DNA from: Sedimentisphaerales bacterium
Lineage (GTDB): Bacteria; Planctomycetota; Phycisphaerae; Sedimentisphaerales; SM23-30
NCBI GenBank assembly: GCA_963666285.1
Contig: OY762711.1
Strand: one strand, 5' to 3'
Length of the DNA stretch: 64,000 bases
Of this stretch, positions 10,151-21,516 are shown one piece after another. The position numbers and the translations under genes were made by a program. The notes below the pieces were generated by a model that did not search any database, had not been told where the DNA came from, and saw only the letters and a list, made by a program, of their open reading frames with translations. Each line of letters opens with the position of its first letter. The first letter of the stretch is position 1.

Positions 10151-10352
10151 TGGTTAAGTAGTTTTATTAAATTTCTACAAAGTCACTACTTTCCTTGGAG
10201 AAAACAAAAAGTTACGTGACAGCAGAACAACGTTGTTCATTTCGGTTTTCATGCAGGCTGCTGCATGCCGGTTGTCACACGAGGTGTGAAAACTTTATCG
10301 GTCGATATCTAGGGTTACATTTTTCAATGGCCGAGTCAGGAGGTTAACACAG

Positions 10353-10625
10353 GTGAGAAAGTTTGTCTTTAATTTTGTTTTTGCTTTTGTGCTGGGCGTA
10401 CTAACTACAATCTGGTTTATCAGCCCGGGTGAGGTAAAGGGTTTTATCGCAGATGCAACGAAAGAAGGTGCTTTCAATCTGCCAAAGTTACAAAAGAATG
10501 CAGATTGGGCTGGTGCCGAACAAAAGGTACTCAGCGGTGCGCAGAAAACTGTTGACGCTGTAAGTGAATGGGACATGTTTAACAGTTTACGTGCGAAAAA
10601 CTATGTCAACGAACAAGTAAAATAA
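10353..10625 (+). CDS. Small membrane-anchored hypothetical protein (90 aa)
   Basis: Strong SD aggagg before GTG, N-terminal hydrophobic helix, own promoter and terminator. Confidence 0.7.
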   Translation: MRKFVFNFVFAFVLGVLTTIWFISPGEVKGFIADATKEGAFNLPKLQKNADWAGAEQKVLSGAQKTVDAVSEWDMFNSLRAKNYVNEQVK

Positions 10626-10670
10626 TGACTGTATGAAATGTTTGCTGAAAAACATTTTTCAATAGCAAAC

Positions 10671-10707
10671 AAAAAAGCCTGCTTGAAATGCCAAGCAGGC
10701 TTTTTTT
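10671..10707 (+). terminator. Intrinsic terminator
   Basis: aaaaaagcctgcttg-aaatgc-caagcaggcttttttt. Confidence 0.85.
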
Positions 10708-10710
10708 ATT

Positions 10711-10790
10711 TAAGGTCGCCACAAAGATTCATTTCGTGCTGCAAACAGGCATTTCACATGCGACGAGAAAGCAATTTTTCGAGGACATTT
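10711..10790. repeat. Degenerate MITE-like element, copy B
   Basis: taaggtcgccacaaa...gcgacgagaaagcaatttttcgagg aligns with 7954-8030. Confidence 0.4.
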
Positions 10791-10927
10791 GAATATTAGC
10801 AATAGTAAGACCAGCAAATTCAATATTTTACATCTTTTTTACATTTCACAAAGGATATTATCCCACAATTCTAAAATTTGAGATATAATATAAAACAGGT
10901 TTTAGATGAATTAAACAAGGAGTCATT

Positions 10928-12256
10928 ATGTTTTACAGGTATTTACTATCAGTTTTGCTGATAGCTCTTACACCACTTTCGCTTTGGGGTGGTTCAGATG
11001 AAAAAGAGCCGGATAGAAATTCTGTAAAGGTTAATATTGCAGCCGGTAATTATTATCTGAAATCGGCCCAAAGACAAAAGGCATATATCCAGATTGAACT
11101 CACAGCCCCCGAACTAGTCCCGCCATCAAGCAGACAGCCGCTAAACCTGGCAATAGTAGTTGATCGTTCAACACTGAATACAAAAGAAAGCCCTGATTCG
11201 GTCATTGACAGTGTTCTTAATATTGTAAATCAACTTGAAAAGAATGATACTCTTTCAATATTGACTTATGGCAATTCAGTCAACACAATTTTTCCCGCAG
11301 CAAGAATCACTGACTATCAAACGGTAAAGAATATTATTAGAAGTATTACTCCAGACAATGGTTCAATTCTATTTGCCGCAGTCAGTAAAGCTGCATATGA
11401 GGTTCAGAAATTTAATAAACCTGACGTAGTAAGCAGGATAATCATTATCAGTAAAAATGCAATAACAATCGGACCGGATACACCTGAAATACTGGGCGAC
11501 CTGGGGATATCGCTACTCAAAGATAACATTACTGTTTCTACGATAGGTATCGGGAACAGATTTAATGATTTAGGACTGGCTAAATTATCGATTAATAGCA
11601 ATGGCCATTTTTACTACATAGAAAACAACAGTCAACTACCAGAGATATTATCAAAAGATATTTCAAACGCCCTGACCGTAACAGCAAAAAATATTAACAT
11701 TTCTGTAGCTTTCTCTGAAAGTGTTCGCTCCGCAAGGTCGCTAAAACACGCTGGAGAAATGAAAGGCAATACCACTAATTTTACGATTAAAGAACTTTAT
11801 GCCAATCAGCCATACTCTATTCTAATGGAATTGGATGTTGCCGCCGGTCAAAGCACTAAAGTAATAGAACTAGCTACAATAGAGACGTTAAGCAATAATA
11901 TTTTGACGAACAAATTCGAAAAGAATACCAAAACTATTAAAGCCATATATACAACAAACGACTCAATAATAAATAATAATATTAATAATAAGGTAATGGC
12001 TACAGTATCAAAACATCTTGCATTTAGCAAATACACTAATGCATTAGAACTGAGAGAAAAAGGAAACATCGCACAAGCTGTCGTTTTATCTCGTGAGGCG
12101 AATCTGCTATTTGAAGATTCCCATTATGAACATCAGGATAAGACAATCGATTTAATTAATAACCTGTCAAAAATGCCTGAGATTTTCCAGAATAACAATT
12201 TATACTATAACGGAGGCAGGAAGCTGCTGCTTTCAATTATTTATTCGGATTATTAA
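10928..12256 (+). CDS. Exported von Willebrand factor A domain protein (YfbK-like), MIDAS degenerate
   Basis: Signal peptide; RQPLNLAIVVDRS, ITVSTIGIG..FN, GHFYYIE. Confidence 0.8.
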   Translation: MFYRYLLSVLLIALTPLSLWGGSDEKEPDRNSVKVNIAAGNYYLKSAQRQKAYIQIELTAPELVPPSSRQPLNLAIVVDRSTLNTKESPDSVIDSVLNIVNQLEKNDTLSILTYGNSVNTIFPAARITDYQTVKNIIRSITPDNGSILFAAVSKAAYEVQKFNKPDVVSRIIIISKNAITIGPDTPEILGDLGISLLKDNITVSTIGIGNRFNDLGLAKLSINSNGHFYYIENNSQLPEILSKDISNALTVTAKNINISVAFSESVRSARSLKHAGEMKGNTTNFTIKELYANQPYSILMELDVAAGQSTKVIELATIETLSNNILTNKFEKNTKTIKAIYTTNDSIINNNINNKVMATVSKHLAFSKYTNALELREKGNIAQAVVLSREANLLFEDSHYEHQDKTIDLINNLSKMPEIFQNNNLYYNGGRKLLLSIIYSDY

Positions 12257-12336
12257 TACTAATACATTAGACAAACATTCAAGTTACTACCATCAAGTCA
12301 CTTGCCGCTTTGAGGCATTTCTGATAAAATAATACT

Positions 12337-13950
12337 ATGAAACCAAAATTATTTATACTGTTTTTCACAATGCTGATCACACCGCTGATAGGAATCGCGG
12401 TATTAGGAAAAGTATTAGCTGAAAATGAAAATATAACCTCAAAGGAAAGAACACGAGGAATAATTGCTAATAATATTGATGGGATAACTCAACAAATTGA
12501 ACGAAAAATAGAAAGCATGCGGGACCAACTCCTGAAAGATACCCAGCTGGAAAATCTCGACCAGGAAAAATTAGAAAATATCCTCAAACAAAATCCCCTG
12601 GTTGAAGAAGTCTTTGCGTTTTCTTCAGACGGTAAACTAGAATGGCCAACAGGTAATGAAGTAATAACATTCTATTTCAAATACAGCAAGGTAATACTTG
12701 ACAAACAGTTCATTTTTGAAAACTCTGATAATTACTTTAAATTGCCAAGCTCGGTAACTACCACCGGCTCTGAAAATATTGATCAATCAGTATCACAAGC
12801 AGAAATCGAAGATACAATCTCAAAATTACCTGATTGGGGATGGCATCCCTGGTTTGACGGTCCCGGCCTGAGACTTATTTTCTGGCAAAAAACACATAAC
12901 AATGAAATAATAGGTATCATACTAAACCGGGCAAAAGTTTTATCTGATATTATATCAGTCTTACCGGAAAACAAAATCTCTTCAGAAGCTTCAAATGCGA
13001 AAAAACCTCCATTTAAGTACACTCTCATAAATGGGATGGAACAGGCAATATATCAATGGGGAAAGAAAAAAGTTGATACTAATACATCTCCATTCTACAG
13101 CAGAAACCTTCCGAGCCCATTGAGCAACTGGAAGATAGCCTGTTTTTGCCCTGACGAATATTTTCAAAGCAGCGGAAGACTTTGGTTTTATAATACAGCA
13201 GCAATAATTATATCATTATCTGTATTTTTTATTGCAGTGGCAGCTATCCTATTCCGCGAGATGAGAAAAACTGTCAAGGAAGCTTCACAGAGAGTAAATT
13301 TTGCCAGCCAGGTCTCACATGAGCTCAAAACCCCACTCACAAATATAAGGATGTATGCAGAACTACTCGAAGAAAGCATTTCCGAAGAAGATCAGAGACT
13401 AAGCGGCTTTGCCGGCATAATATCTGAAGAGAGCAGAAGGCTCACCAGGTTGATTGCAAACATTCTTACATTCTCAAGAAAGCAGCGAAATAAACTTGTC
13501 CTGAAAGCCGGAACGCATAATCCAGATGAGATAATAAGAAAAGTAATAGCCAACCATAAACCATCTCTAAAACAACTTGACATTACTCCAACACTTAAAT
13601 TAAACGCAAATGTCGAGTATGAACTTGACCAGGATAAATTTGAACAAATTATCGGGAACTTGATCAATAATGTAGAAAAATATGCAGCAACAGGCAAAAA
13701 GATTGAAATCACAAGTAAAATTTCACATGGAAAATTAGAAGTCACTGTAGCTGATAACGGACCTGGAATAGCTCCATGCCACTGGGAAAAGATATTTCAG
13801 CCGTTTTATCGTATAAGCGATAAAGCCAGTGACGGAACCGCCGGAACAGGTATAGGCCTTAGTATTGCACGCGACCTGACAAGACTTCATGATGGAGATC
13901 TAACAATAGTTGACAGTACAAACGGTGCAAAATTCAGGCTAATAATATAA
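12337..13950 (+). CDS. Membrane sensor histidine kinase
   Basis: Two TM segments; H-box VSHELKTPLTNI, N-box NLINNVEKY, DNGPGI, GTGIGLSI. Confidence 0.93.
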   Translation: MKPKLFILFFTMLITPLIGIAVLGKVLAENENITSKERTRGIIANNIDGITQQIERKIESMRDQLLKDTQLENLDQEKLENILKQNPLVEEVFAFSSDGKLEWPTGNEVITFYFKYSKVILDKQFIFENSDNYFKLPSSVTTTGSENIDQSVSQAEIEDTISKLPDWGWHPWFDGPGLRLIFWQKTHNNEIIGIILNRAKVLSDIISVLPENKISSEASNAKKPPFKYTLINGMEQAIYQWGKKKVDTNTSPFYSRNLPSPLSNWKIACFCPDEYFQSSGRLWFYNTAAIIISLSVFFIAVAAILFREMRKTVKEASQRVNFASQVSHELKTPLTNIRMYAELLEESISEEDQRLSGFAGIISEESRRLTRLIANILTFSRKQRNKLVLKAGTHNPDEIIRKVIANHKPSLKQLDITPTLKLNANVEYELDQDKFEQIIGNLINNVEKYAATGKKIEITSKISHGKLEVTVADNGPGIAPCHWEKIFQPFYRISDKASDGTAGTGIGLSIARDLTRLHDGDLTIVDSTNGAKFRLII

Positions 13951-13981
13951 TTGAGTACCCCCAAACAAACAGAGGAAGATA

Positions 13982-14680
13982 ATGAAAATTTTAATTGCAG
14001 AAGATGATCACAATATACTCAACGGTCTCAAGGAAATTTTCCAGGGAGAAGGCTACCAGACAGTGCTGGCTTCCAATGGCACAGATGCAATAGAGAAATA
14101 TAAAGCCAGTAATCCTGATTTTGTCTGCCTGGATATCATGATGCCCGGTTTAGGCGGTTATGACGTCTGCAAAGAGATACGCAGCTACGATCAAAATATC
14201 CCGATCATATTTATAAGTGCCAAGTCCGAAGAAATTGATAAGGTTCTTGGCCTGGAACTTGGCGCCGATGATTATATAGTCAAGCCGTTTGGAATCAAAG
14301 AAGTAATCGCCAGAATACGTGCAGTTACCAGGCGATATCTTGCCGGCAAAGAACACAACAAAGAGCAGCTGCCGTTTCTAATGAACGACCTTGAAATAGT
14401 TCCGGCAGAATTGAGATGTAAGCGGGATAATAATACCATCGATCTTTCGATAAGAGACATAAAAATATTGCAATGCTTGTACAAATATATGAACCAAGCG
14501 GTATCAAGAGACACCCTGTTTCATGCCGGATGGGATATAGAACATATGCCGAACTCCCGTACTTTAGATCAGCACATATCTCAGCTCAGAAAAAAAATTG
14601 AGATAGACCCGCAAAGTCCAGAAATAATTAAAACAGTTCATGGAATGGGCTATAGATATGAAAGCGGCCAGTCAATTTAG
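13982..14680 (+). CDS. OmpR/PhoB-family response regulator
   Basis: ILIAEDD, LDIMMP, LGADDYIVKPF; winged helix SRTLDQHISQLRKKIE..IKTVHGMGY. Confidence 0.95.
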   Translation: MKILIAEDDHNILNGLKEIFQGEGYQTVLASNGTDAIEKYKASNPDFVCLDIMMPGLGGYDVCKEIRSYDQNIPIIFISAKSEEIDKVLGLELGADDYIVKPFGIKEVIARIRAVTRRYLAGKEHNKEQLPFLMNDLEIVPAELRCKRDNNTIDLSIRDIKILQCLYKYMNQAVSRDTLFHAGWDIEHMPNSRTLDQHISQLRKKIEIDPQSPEIIKTVHGMGYRYESGQSI

Positions 14681-14706
14681 GCGGCAAAAGATACGGTTTC
14701 AACCGA

Positions 14707-16767
14707 CTAGCCACGCATATGAACATCAATGATATGATCGGAATTTTCAAGCGGCAAATAAACTCTGACCTGCGTGCCTTCACCTTCTTTGCTATCAATT
14801 TTAATATGTCCTTGATGTGCCTCTACTATCCTTTTAACAATATCAAGCCCAAGCCCTGTCCCTTCACCAGCCTTTTTGGTAGTAAACAGAGGATCAAAGA
14901 CCTTGTCGATTATATTTTCAGGAATACCATACCCATTATCAGCTATCTCAACAAATGCATATCCCCCCTCCTGAGAAATACGAATAGATAAAACACCAGT
15001 CTCCCCAATAGCATGAAGTGCATTTTGTATCAGATTTGTCCAGATTTGATTTAATTGCTCAACATCTCCCATAACATCAGGAAGCTTATCATAGGAAGTA
15101 TCCAGTTTAATACCTCGTTTAATCTGATTGTGGAAAAGTAAAAGGACATTTTCTATACAACTACGAAGATTGACCGGAGCTACATTATAATCTTCGCCCT
15201 GATTCGACCCGGAATACATATAGCTTTTGAGTGCTTTAACTATTCGAGATGCTTTTCCGACAGCAACATCAATCATACTGCAGCCTCGAACAATTTCAGC
15301 AAGCTTGCCAAACTCTTCAAAAATTTCCAGACTATCATTTGATTTAATAAAATCAATATGTTTCTGCCATTCGGTATGCAGTTTTAGATCAACCAGCAGC
15401 CTGGCAAACTCATCCGAATCAGATATTCCGTTTTCAGCAAGCATTTCCGAAAGAGTAGTTCTTATTACCCGATCTTCCCTGGTACTGAGAGTTTTAGAAT
15501 AATCCTGATTTTCGAGCACATGCATAAGCATATGTTTTATTTCATATCCATATGGGCCGCTGAACCATTCAGAAAGTTTTTCCACATCTTTAACTAAAGA
15601 AACCGCATTGTCTCCAATAACACCTGAAGCAGACCCAATAGCACCAAGAGGAGAATTAATTTCGTGCGCTATACCAGCAGCAAGATGCCCCAAAACCGCC
15701 ATTTTTTCTGACATAATCAAACGCCCCTGAGATGTTTTGACATCGGTCAGAGCAATATGAAGTTCTTTATTCTTTCTATCCAGCTCTTCAGTTCTTTCAG
15801 CAACCTTTTTTTCAAGAGTCTGGGAATATTCCTTCAACTCCTTATGCGCTTCAAGCAGCTCCTGCTCCTTAGATTTTATTTTAATAGTTATTTTGTTTAC
15901 CTGCTGTTTTAAGGTAAATACAAAAGTCACTGAAATAATTACAATAGCTGCAAGGGCAGCAAGTAAATATACAAGCCATTTGGGTACAACTTTCTCTGGA
16001 ACAGAACTAGCTCCCAAGCCATATTTATCTAATAACTGATAGTAGACAGATGAAGGATCATTCCTGTATATCTTCAATCTTTTATCAAATGCAGCTATCA
16101 GGTCAGGATCTTTTCCTTTAGGAAAAGAACATGTGCACGCAACAGGATTAAAATAAAAACCTCCACTTTTTAGCCCTTTCTCAGTCAAAAAAGATCTATC
16201 AAGGAGTCTGGGGCCTACAACTGCATATACATCACCCTTTTGCAACCCGGCATAAGCCTGTTCGTGGTTATCATATTCAACCGGAATATATTTTATATGA
16301 TAATTACCAATGTATTTATAAAATTGAATCGAATTGTTATCATTCTTGACTAAACCTATTTTGCTTCCGTTAAGATCTCCCAGGATTAAATCAACACCCT
16401 TCCTGACATATAACTCACTCCACATTGTATAGAGAGAGCCTTCCATATAATCCAAAACCAGCTTTCTTTCTTCAGATACCTGCGTACCCGGCAGAATATC
16501 AACTTTTCCACTTTTAGTCATCTCAAAGCATTCTGCCCACGTACCATCAACCCACTCAATATCGATTTCCTCATCTTGAGCTAAATAAACGACCATCTCA
16601 CAGAGAAATCCACCAGGAGAACCATCTTTGTTTCTATACATATAACCTGGCACATTAGGAAGAGCCGCCTTATAGGTCCTTCCACTAACAGAAGCAGCAT
16701 TTTCATCCTGTCCAAGCGAAATACCACATATTGCCAACAATAATACACTTATTAATAATCGAATCAT
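14707..16767 (-). CDS. Sensor histidine kinase with periplasmic solute-binding (PBPb) domain
   Basis: Signal peptide, PBP type-2 region (W..C...K.GKVDI), TM, coiled coil, [29 protein letters not shown]. Confidence 0.9.
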   Translation of the reverse strand: MIRLLISVLLLAICGISLGQDENAASVSGRTYKAALPNVPGYMYRNKDGSPGGFLCEMVVYLAQDEEIDIEWVDGTWAECFEMTKSGKVDILPGTQVSEERKLVLDYMEGSLYTMWSELYVRKGVDLILGDLNGSKIGLVKNDNNSIQFYKYIGNYHIKYIPVEYDNHEQAYAGLQKGDVYAVVGPRLLDRSFLTEKGLKSGGFYFNPVACTCSFPKGKDPDLIAAFDKRLKIYRNDPSSVYYQLLDKYGLGASSVPEKVVPKWLVYLLAALAAIVIISVTFVFTLKQQVNKITIKIKSKEQELLEAHKELKEYSQTLEKKVAERTEELDRKNKELHIALTDVKTSQGRLIMSEKMAVLGHLAAGIAHEINSPLGAIGSASGVIGDNAVSLVKDVEKLSEWFSGPYGYEIKHMLMHVLENQDYSKTLSTREDRVIRTTLSEMLAENGISDSDEFARLLVDLKLHTEWQKHIDFIKSNDSLEIFEEFGKLAEIVRGCSMIDVAVGKASRIVKALKSYMYSGSNQGEDYNVAPVNLRSCIENVLLLFHNQIKRGIKLDTSYDKLPDVMGDVEQLNQIWTNLIQNALHAIGETGVLSIRISQEGGYAFVEIADNGYGIPENIIDKVFDPLFTTKKAGEGTGLGLDIVKRIVEAHQGHIKIDSKEGEGTQVRVYLPLENSDHIIDVHMRG

Positions 16768-16826
16768 TCTTATACCACTAAATAAACCTGTCCTGTAATT
16801 ACAATCCCGGCAAATACTTTAATATA

Positions 16827-17720
16827 CTAATCAGGCTCAATATGCACAACAACATCTACTACCTGCTCAAGTTCATCTTCTATTCTTTTTTGAACCATCT
16901 CAGAAATATCATGCCCTTCCCTGACTGTAAGTTCGGCATTTACAACAACATGCATATCAACCGACAATGAAGAACTGCCAATATACCTGGTTCTTACCTT
17001 ATGTACATTAATCACACCGGGCGTTCCATTGACAATTCTATTCATTTCAGTTTTAAGTTCTCTGGAAGCTCCGGCATCAATAAGCTGGTTAAACGAAGGA
17101 CGGCCAATTTTATAGGCTGCAGCTACAATAAATACCGAAACTACAATTGTACCAACAGAATCCAAAAAGTACCATTCAGGCAAAAAAGCAGCTACCAATG
17201 CTGTTGCTGCTGCCGGTATCGAACTTATCCCATCACTTCTATGATGCCAGGCGTTTGCAACCAGTACCTGACTTTTGTATTTTTTAGCATACATCATTGT
17301 CCACTGGTATATCGCCTCTTTGACAATAATAGATATCAATGAAGATAAACCTGCAATAACACCTATGTGTGGGCCTACCGTTGCCTGACGCAATTGAGAA
17401 AGAGCACCATAAAGCATCGCCAAAGCCACCAGAAACAACGAGACAGCTATCAGCAATGTCAAAAGAATCTCCAGCCGCTGATGCCCGTGGGGATGGTCAT
17501 CATCAGGCGGCCTGTCCCAATATTTTGCACCCCACAGCACTGCAATATCAGTAAAACAATCAGACAGACTATGGGTGGCATCTGCAATAACTGCATGGCT
17601 ATGTCCGATAATTCCAGCTATATATTTTAAGCCGGATAAAGCTAAATTTATCACCAGGCTTAAAATCGTAATTCGATTTATTGCCTGCGTCCTGCTAATT
17701 GTCTCTGTTTCGCTATTCAT
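16827..17720 (-). CDS. Cation diffusion facilitator family transporter (FieF-like)
   Basis: ADATHSLSD, PPDDDHPHGHQRLE, NAWHHRSD, C-terminal VVVHIEP. Confidence 0.92.
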   Translation of the reverse strand: MNSETETISRTQAINRITILSLVINLALSGLKYIAGIIGHSHAVIADATHSLSDCFTDIAVLWGAKYWDRPPDDDHPHGHQRLEILLTLLIAVSLFLVALAMLYGALSQLRQATVGPHIGVIAGLSSLISIIVKEAIYQWTMMYAKKYKSQVLVANAWHHRSDGISSIPAAATALVAAFLPEWYFLDSVGTIVVSVFIVAAAYKIGRPSFNQLIDAGASRELKTEMNRIVNGTPGVINVHKVRTRYIGSSSLSVDMHVVVNAELTVREGHDISEMVQKRIEDELEQVVDVVVHIEPD

Positions 17721-17879
17721 ATATATTCCTGTAAATAATATACTTACAGAAAAATCTTCAAGTTCGCAATTGTAAAAAAACTCATGTTAATAATCGACCA
17801 TATAAGTAGTTATCTTCTCATTTTATATAAATTCACACACAATTATTTTAAAATAGCTAATATAACTTAGTTTTAAATC

Positions 17880-17911
17880 AAAAAAAGCCGCTGATGTCTC
17901 CACCAACGGCT
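17880..17911 (-). terminator. Intrinsic terminator
   Basis: agccgctg...caacggct stem with an A-run on + (U-tract on -). Confidence 0.55.
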
Positions 17912-17935
17912 AATAAATACTTAAATACTTTTTTA

Positions 17936-18796
17936 TTACCATAAGAACTGAAGAGAATCTTGTACAAAACGCACCCGATCAGTATACCCCTGGTTAAAAG
18001 TGTTATCATTGATATTTAGATTTTTCATCTCTTCAAAAGAAACCCATTCACAATGGCCATCTACATAAGTTGTATCATTACCAGCCGGCCTACCCCTTTT
18101 AAGATGGTTAGAACCATCATATTCCCCAACTTTTCCATAAGTTCCACCAATAATCTGGTCATATCTGTAGTTATCACTTTGATTGGAATCAGAAACCCTT
18201 AGAGTTACATCTGTAATCATTTCAACTTCGGAAGGATGTTTTACAATATTTTTACGAGTAATCCATTCTCTCTTTGGAGTGCCTTTCAAATAATTAGGAT
18301 GACCGGTAACCTGTGTAGGTCTGACTCCTGAAGTTCCTCCACGTATACCGTCTTTCTGCAATATCCAACAATAGGAAGTAACACGAAAATTATCTTTTCT
18401 TTGTTGTATATCTGTTGGTTCGTCAAAGGTTAATTTTAATGGACTTCCGGCAGAAAATTCTGAATATCTCCATAAATAATCTTTATCATGACTTTTAATT
18501 CTATTGGAAGCACAGTAAAAGATTTCTGGTTCTCCACCATATTTTAATACCATATCTGTTGTCCAGTAACTTATATCCCATGTCCAATTACCGCTTGTCA
18601 TTAACGGCATCCAGTCATCATTCGCATCCGAATACATAATAAAGGCTAGCGCTATCTGTTTTTCATTACTCATACATAAAGTCCTTCTAGCCTGCTCTTT
18701 TGCTTTATTCAAAGCAGGCATAAGAATACTTACCAGCAACGCTATAATAGAAATCACTACCAATAATTCAATTAATGTAAAACCTTTTTTCTTCAT
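17936..18796 (-). CDS. Prepilin-type N-terminal cleavage/methylation protein (DUF1559-like, H-X9-DG-like C-terminus)
   Basis: [30 protein letters not shown]...[10 protein letters not shown]. Confidence 0.9.
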   Translation of the reverse strand: MKKKGFTLIELLVVISIIALLVSILMPALNKAKEQARRTLCMSNEKQIALAFIMYSDANDDWMPLMTSGNWTWDISYWTTDMVLKYGGEPEIFYCASNRIKSHDKDYLWRYSEFSAGSPLKLTFDEPTDIQQRKDNFRVTSYCWILQKDGIRGGTSGVRPTQVTGHPNYLKGTPKREWITRKNIVKHPSEVEMITDVTLRVSDSNQSDNYRYDQIIGGTYGKVGEYDGSNHLKRGRPAGNDTTYVDGHCEWVSFEEMKNLNINDNTFNQGYTDRVRFVQDSLQFLW

Positions 18797-18889
18797 AACA
18801 ACACCTCATTATAAACAAAATACACATTTATTATTTAGTTAGCCTAAAACTAAAAACACAAAAACAAACAATAATTTATTTCAATCTCG

Positions 18890-20581
18890 CTATCTTAATT
18901 CTAATTCAAGCTTTGGATTAGCTAACACACACCAGTCAGAATTTGATGAACGTTTATCAGCAATATCAACATCGCCACCATCGGTACTTACAATAGTAAG
19001 AAATCTGTCAGAGTCATTAATAGCAATATCAATAGAACTTGCAAGGCCTCGCTCTGTAAGTTCCTTATAATAACATAACCGACCATCGACCAGTACCCAA
19101 AAAACAGCATGCGGATTATTCGGGCATATATCGGAAATACCAATTTTAGCTGTTAGCCGAGAAATACTTATATCATAATTTTGCAGATCTGCCCGGATTT
19201 TATCCAGATCAAAAGTAATGCCAAGATTAGCATGAATTGATAATCCCGGATTATTTTTACTGCCATATTTAATGCCGTCAAGAATCATTAATTCATCTTT
19301 TGAACCAAAAACACTATTTACACCTGAACCACTGATTATGTCAGCATAAAAAACGTTATTAGTAGCCGGACAATTATCAAAAACATGTTTTTTTGAACTT
19401 ATTACCTGCCCGTTTCCACTAGGCACAAAAACACCGTCAATATACCTGTCTCTTGTCATTTTGACGTATCGCCCATCAGAATCTCTATCGAAAATACTGT
19501 AAGGTCCTCTTTCACCAGTTAAAGGGTTGATTCCTACCTCAACAGCACCGGTCCCGAAACCATTTCCTCCTCCAACAATATCCGCCAGACAAATATTATC
19601 ACCACGCCACAATGTCCCTTCATCAGAATTAATCGAACGAACAAACAAACTATTTTCTAATTCAATATCATTAACTTCATTTCCACCAAACTTAACTCCA
19701 CGGGCATTTCCAGCAGTCACCATTTGAGTAGAATCAAATGTATCAATAGTATTACAAACCAAAGCTGTTTTGCCTTTGTAAACATACAAATCTGTATCAC
19801 CTTGTACGCTTACATCTACACCAAACTCAGTCCCTAAATCCATAACTTTAGCATTATCAGTATTTATCGTGAACCCTTTTGCCAAAGGAGGGACATTTGC
19901 AAATAGCTTGCCATAGCTCAAGTATATAGTGTCAAACGACTCTAACCTGAATACTGCCGGGGCTTCCAAAACAACCTCAGCACCACTATGGTACTTTAAA
20001 GACATATAACCTTCTCGTAAATGATAATCTCCCGGCCACAGCCAGTTATCAGTTACTTGCTGAACACCTTTATATCTTAGATCAGAATTAAGGTGTTTAG
20101 ATACTCTTGCCAATTTAGGAAGAGGGTCTTCAGGTTTATAATTAACAATTATGTCATCTAACTGTAATATTCCAAAGCAGATTAGTATAATTGCAGCGAT
20201 CTTAAAAAGAATATTTTGCAGCTTGAGAGAATTCAGACTTGTTTCACGCTTGTCCGGCTTCCTTTGTGTTCCATCAATATCATAACGAATAACACTTTCA
20301 GCCTCTTCCTCTTCGGCTACAAGTTTGAGGATAATTTCAGAAGTATCTTCTAGTGAATTATGCTGCCCGGCATCACTTTTAACAGCCTTGCGTAAAGAAC
20401 CTTCAAGGCTGCGTTTCTCCATTAAAGCGCAGATAGAAACATACTCAATATAATATCGCATATAAGCAGGATCAGAATGCAGTTTATTCTGCATCTTCTG
20501 GAAATCTTCATCGCTGATTTTATTATCCAGCATATCAGATATCCACTGGCTTAATTGTTCATATTTATCATTTCTATCCAT
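18890..20581 (-). CDS. FecR-like anti-sigma factor with C-terminal NPCBM/NEW2-like domain
   Basis: N-terminal anti-sigma helix, TM, GAEVVLEAPA.F, GFTINT..AKVMDLGTEFGV, DRFLTIVSTDGGD..DW.V.ANP.L. Confidence 0.85.
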   Translation of the reverse strand: MDRNDKYEQLSQWISDMLDNKISDEDFQKMQNKLHSDPAYMRYYIEYVSICALMEKRSLEGSLRKAVKSDAGQHNSLEDTSEIILKLVAEEEEAESVIRYDIDGTQRKPDKRETSLNSLKLQNILFKIAAIILICFGILQLDDIIVNYKPEDPLPKLARVSKHLNSDLRYKGVQQVTDNWLWPGDYHLREGYMSLKYHSGAEVVLEAPAVFRLESFDTIYLSYGKLFANVPPLAKGFTINTDNAKVMDLGTEFGVDVSVQGDTDLYVYKGKTALVCNTIDTFDSTQMVTAGNARGVKFGGNEVNDIELENSLFVRSINSDEGTLWRGDNICLADIVGGGNGFGTGAVEVGINPLTGERGPYSIFDRDSDGRYVKMTRDRYIDGVFVPSGNGQVISSKKHVFDNCPATNNVFYADIISGSGVNSVFGSKDELMILDGIKYGSKNNPGLSIHANLGITFDLDKIRADLQNYDISISRLTAKIGISDICPNNPHAVFWVLVDGRLCYYKELTERGLASSIDIAINDSDRFLTIVSTDGGDVDIADKRSSNSDWCVLANPKLELELR

Positions 20582-21132
20582 TATTGAATGCCTATCTCAT
20601 GCAAAGATCGCATAACACATCGAACAAGTACATCTCTAACCTTTGGCACAGCTTTATACACACTGGCTACTGACATCTGCAGCTTCTCAGCAATTTTATC
20701 CGTAGGCTCATGACTTTCATGTTTCATTAAAATCATTTTTCTATCACGATCATTTAATTTCTTGAGACAACTTTGCAAAGCTTCAAAGCGTTCTTCCAGA
20801 TTATCGTTTACACTTACAGCTCCGCCAAGCACTTCGTCAAGAACCTCATCAGTAAATCTAATCTTACTGCGGTATTTCTTTTTGCGAAATTCTAAAACTT
20901 TGTAATGAGCAATTCTTATGCCCCATGAAGTAAAATTGTCAATATTCGGGTTTTCATTGTATTTTACCCACATCAATGATGCCGTATCCTGAAGAATATC
21001 CTCAGCATCCGACAAATTTGGAACTAAAGTCAAAATAAAGGCATAAATGCGTTTTTCTGATGCCATCATTCTGCGAACAAAAGTGTCACCTCTGCTGAAA
21101 GCATCATCAAATTGTTTACCTTGTCCATCCAT
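20581..21132 (-). CDS. ECF sigma-70 factor
   Basis: RIYAFI..LV....DAEDILQ, F..W...IA; region 4 LQSCLKKL..RDR; TAATG-coupled to the anti-sigma gene. Confidence 0.9.
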   Translation of the reverse strand: MDGQGKQFDDAFSRGDTFVRRMMASEKRIYAFILTLVPNLSDAEDILQDTASLMWVKYNENPNIDNFTSWGIRIAHYKVLEFRKKKYRSKIRFTDEVLDEVLGGAVSVNDNLEERFEALQSCLKKLNDRDRKMILMKHESHEPTDKIAEKLQMSVASVYKAVPKVRDVLVRCVMRSLHEIGIQ

Positions 21133-21452
21133 TTTAGTTACAACACCTTAATAATAAAGCACTTAGCCCTCAAAAGACTCATCACTCACAAACATATAAG
21201 TTGATAAGCCTATTATCAATATCTTCATAAGCAAGTGGCATAATAATTCCTTTTTTGGAATTTATTTTTACCTAGATGAAATGAGTAACAAGCCAGCACC
21301 ACATAAATATATACAAAACAATCACTTACACTTAAACATGCTGCTGAAAAATGTTTAACATAGCGACCATCATTATCAACTTTAACAAGTAATTTCAAAA
21401 GTCTTTCCTATAACAAGCACTTGTTATGTCGTTATAATCAGGTATCTTACAT

Positions 21453-21486
21453 AAAAAAAAGGTGCTGCAACTTAATACAGCACCTT
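21453..21486 (-). terminator. Intrinsic terminator
   Basis: aaaaaaaaggtgctg...cagcacctt. Confidence 0.75.
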
Positions 21487-21516
21487 ACTATTTTTAACAA
21501 ACAAGTTATATATCGC

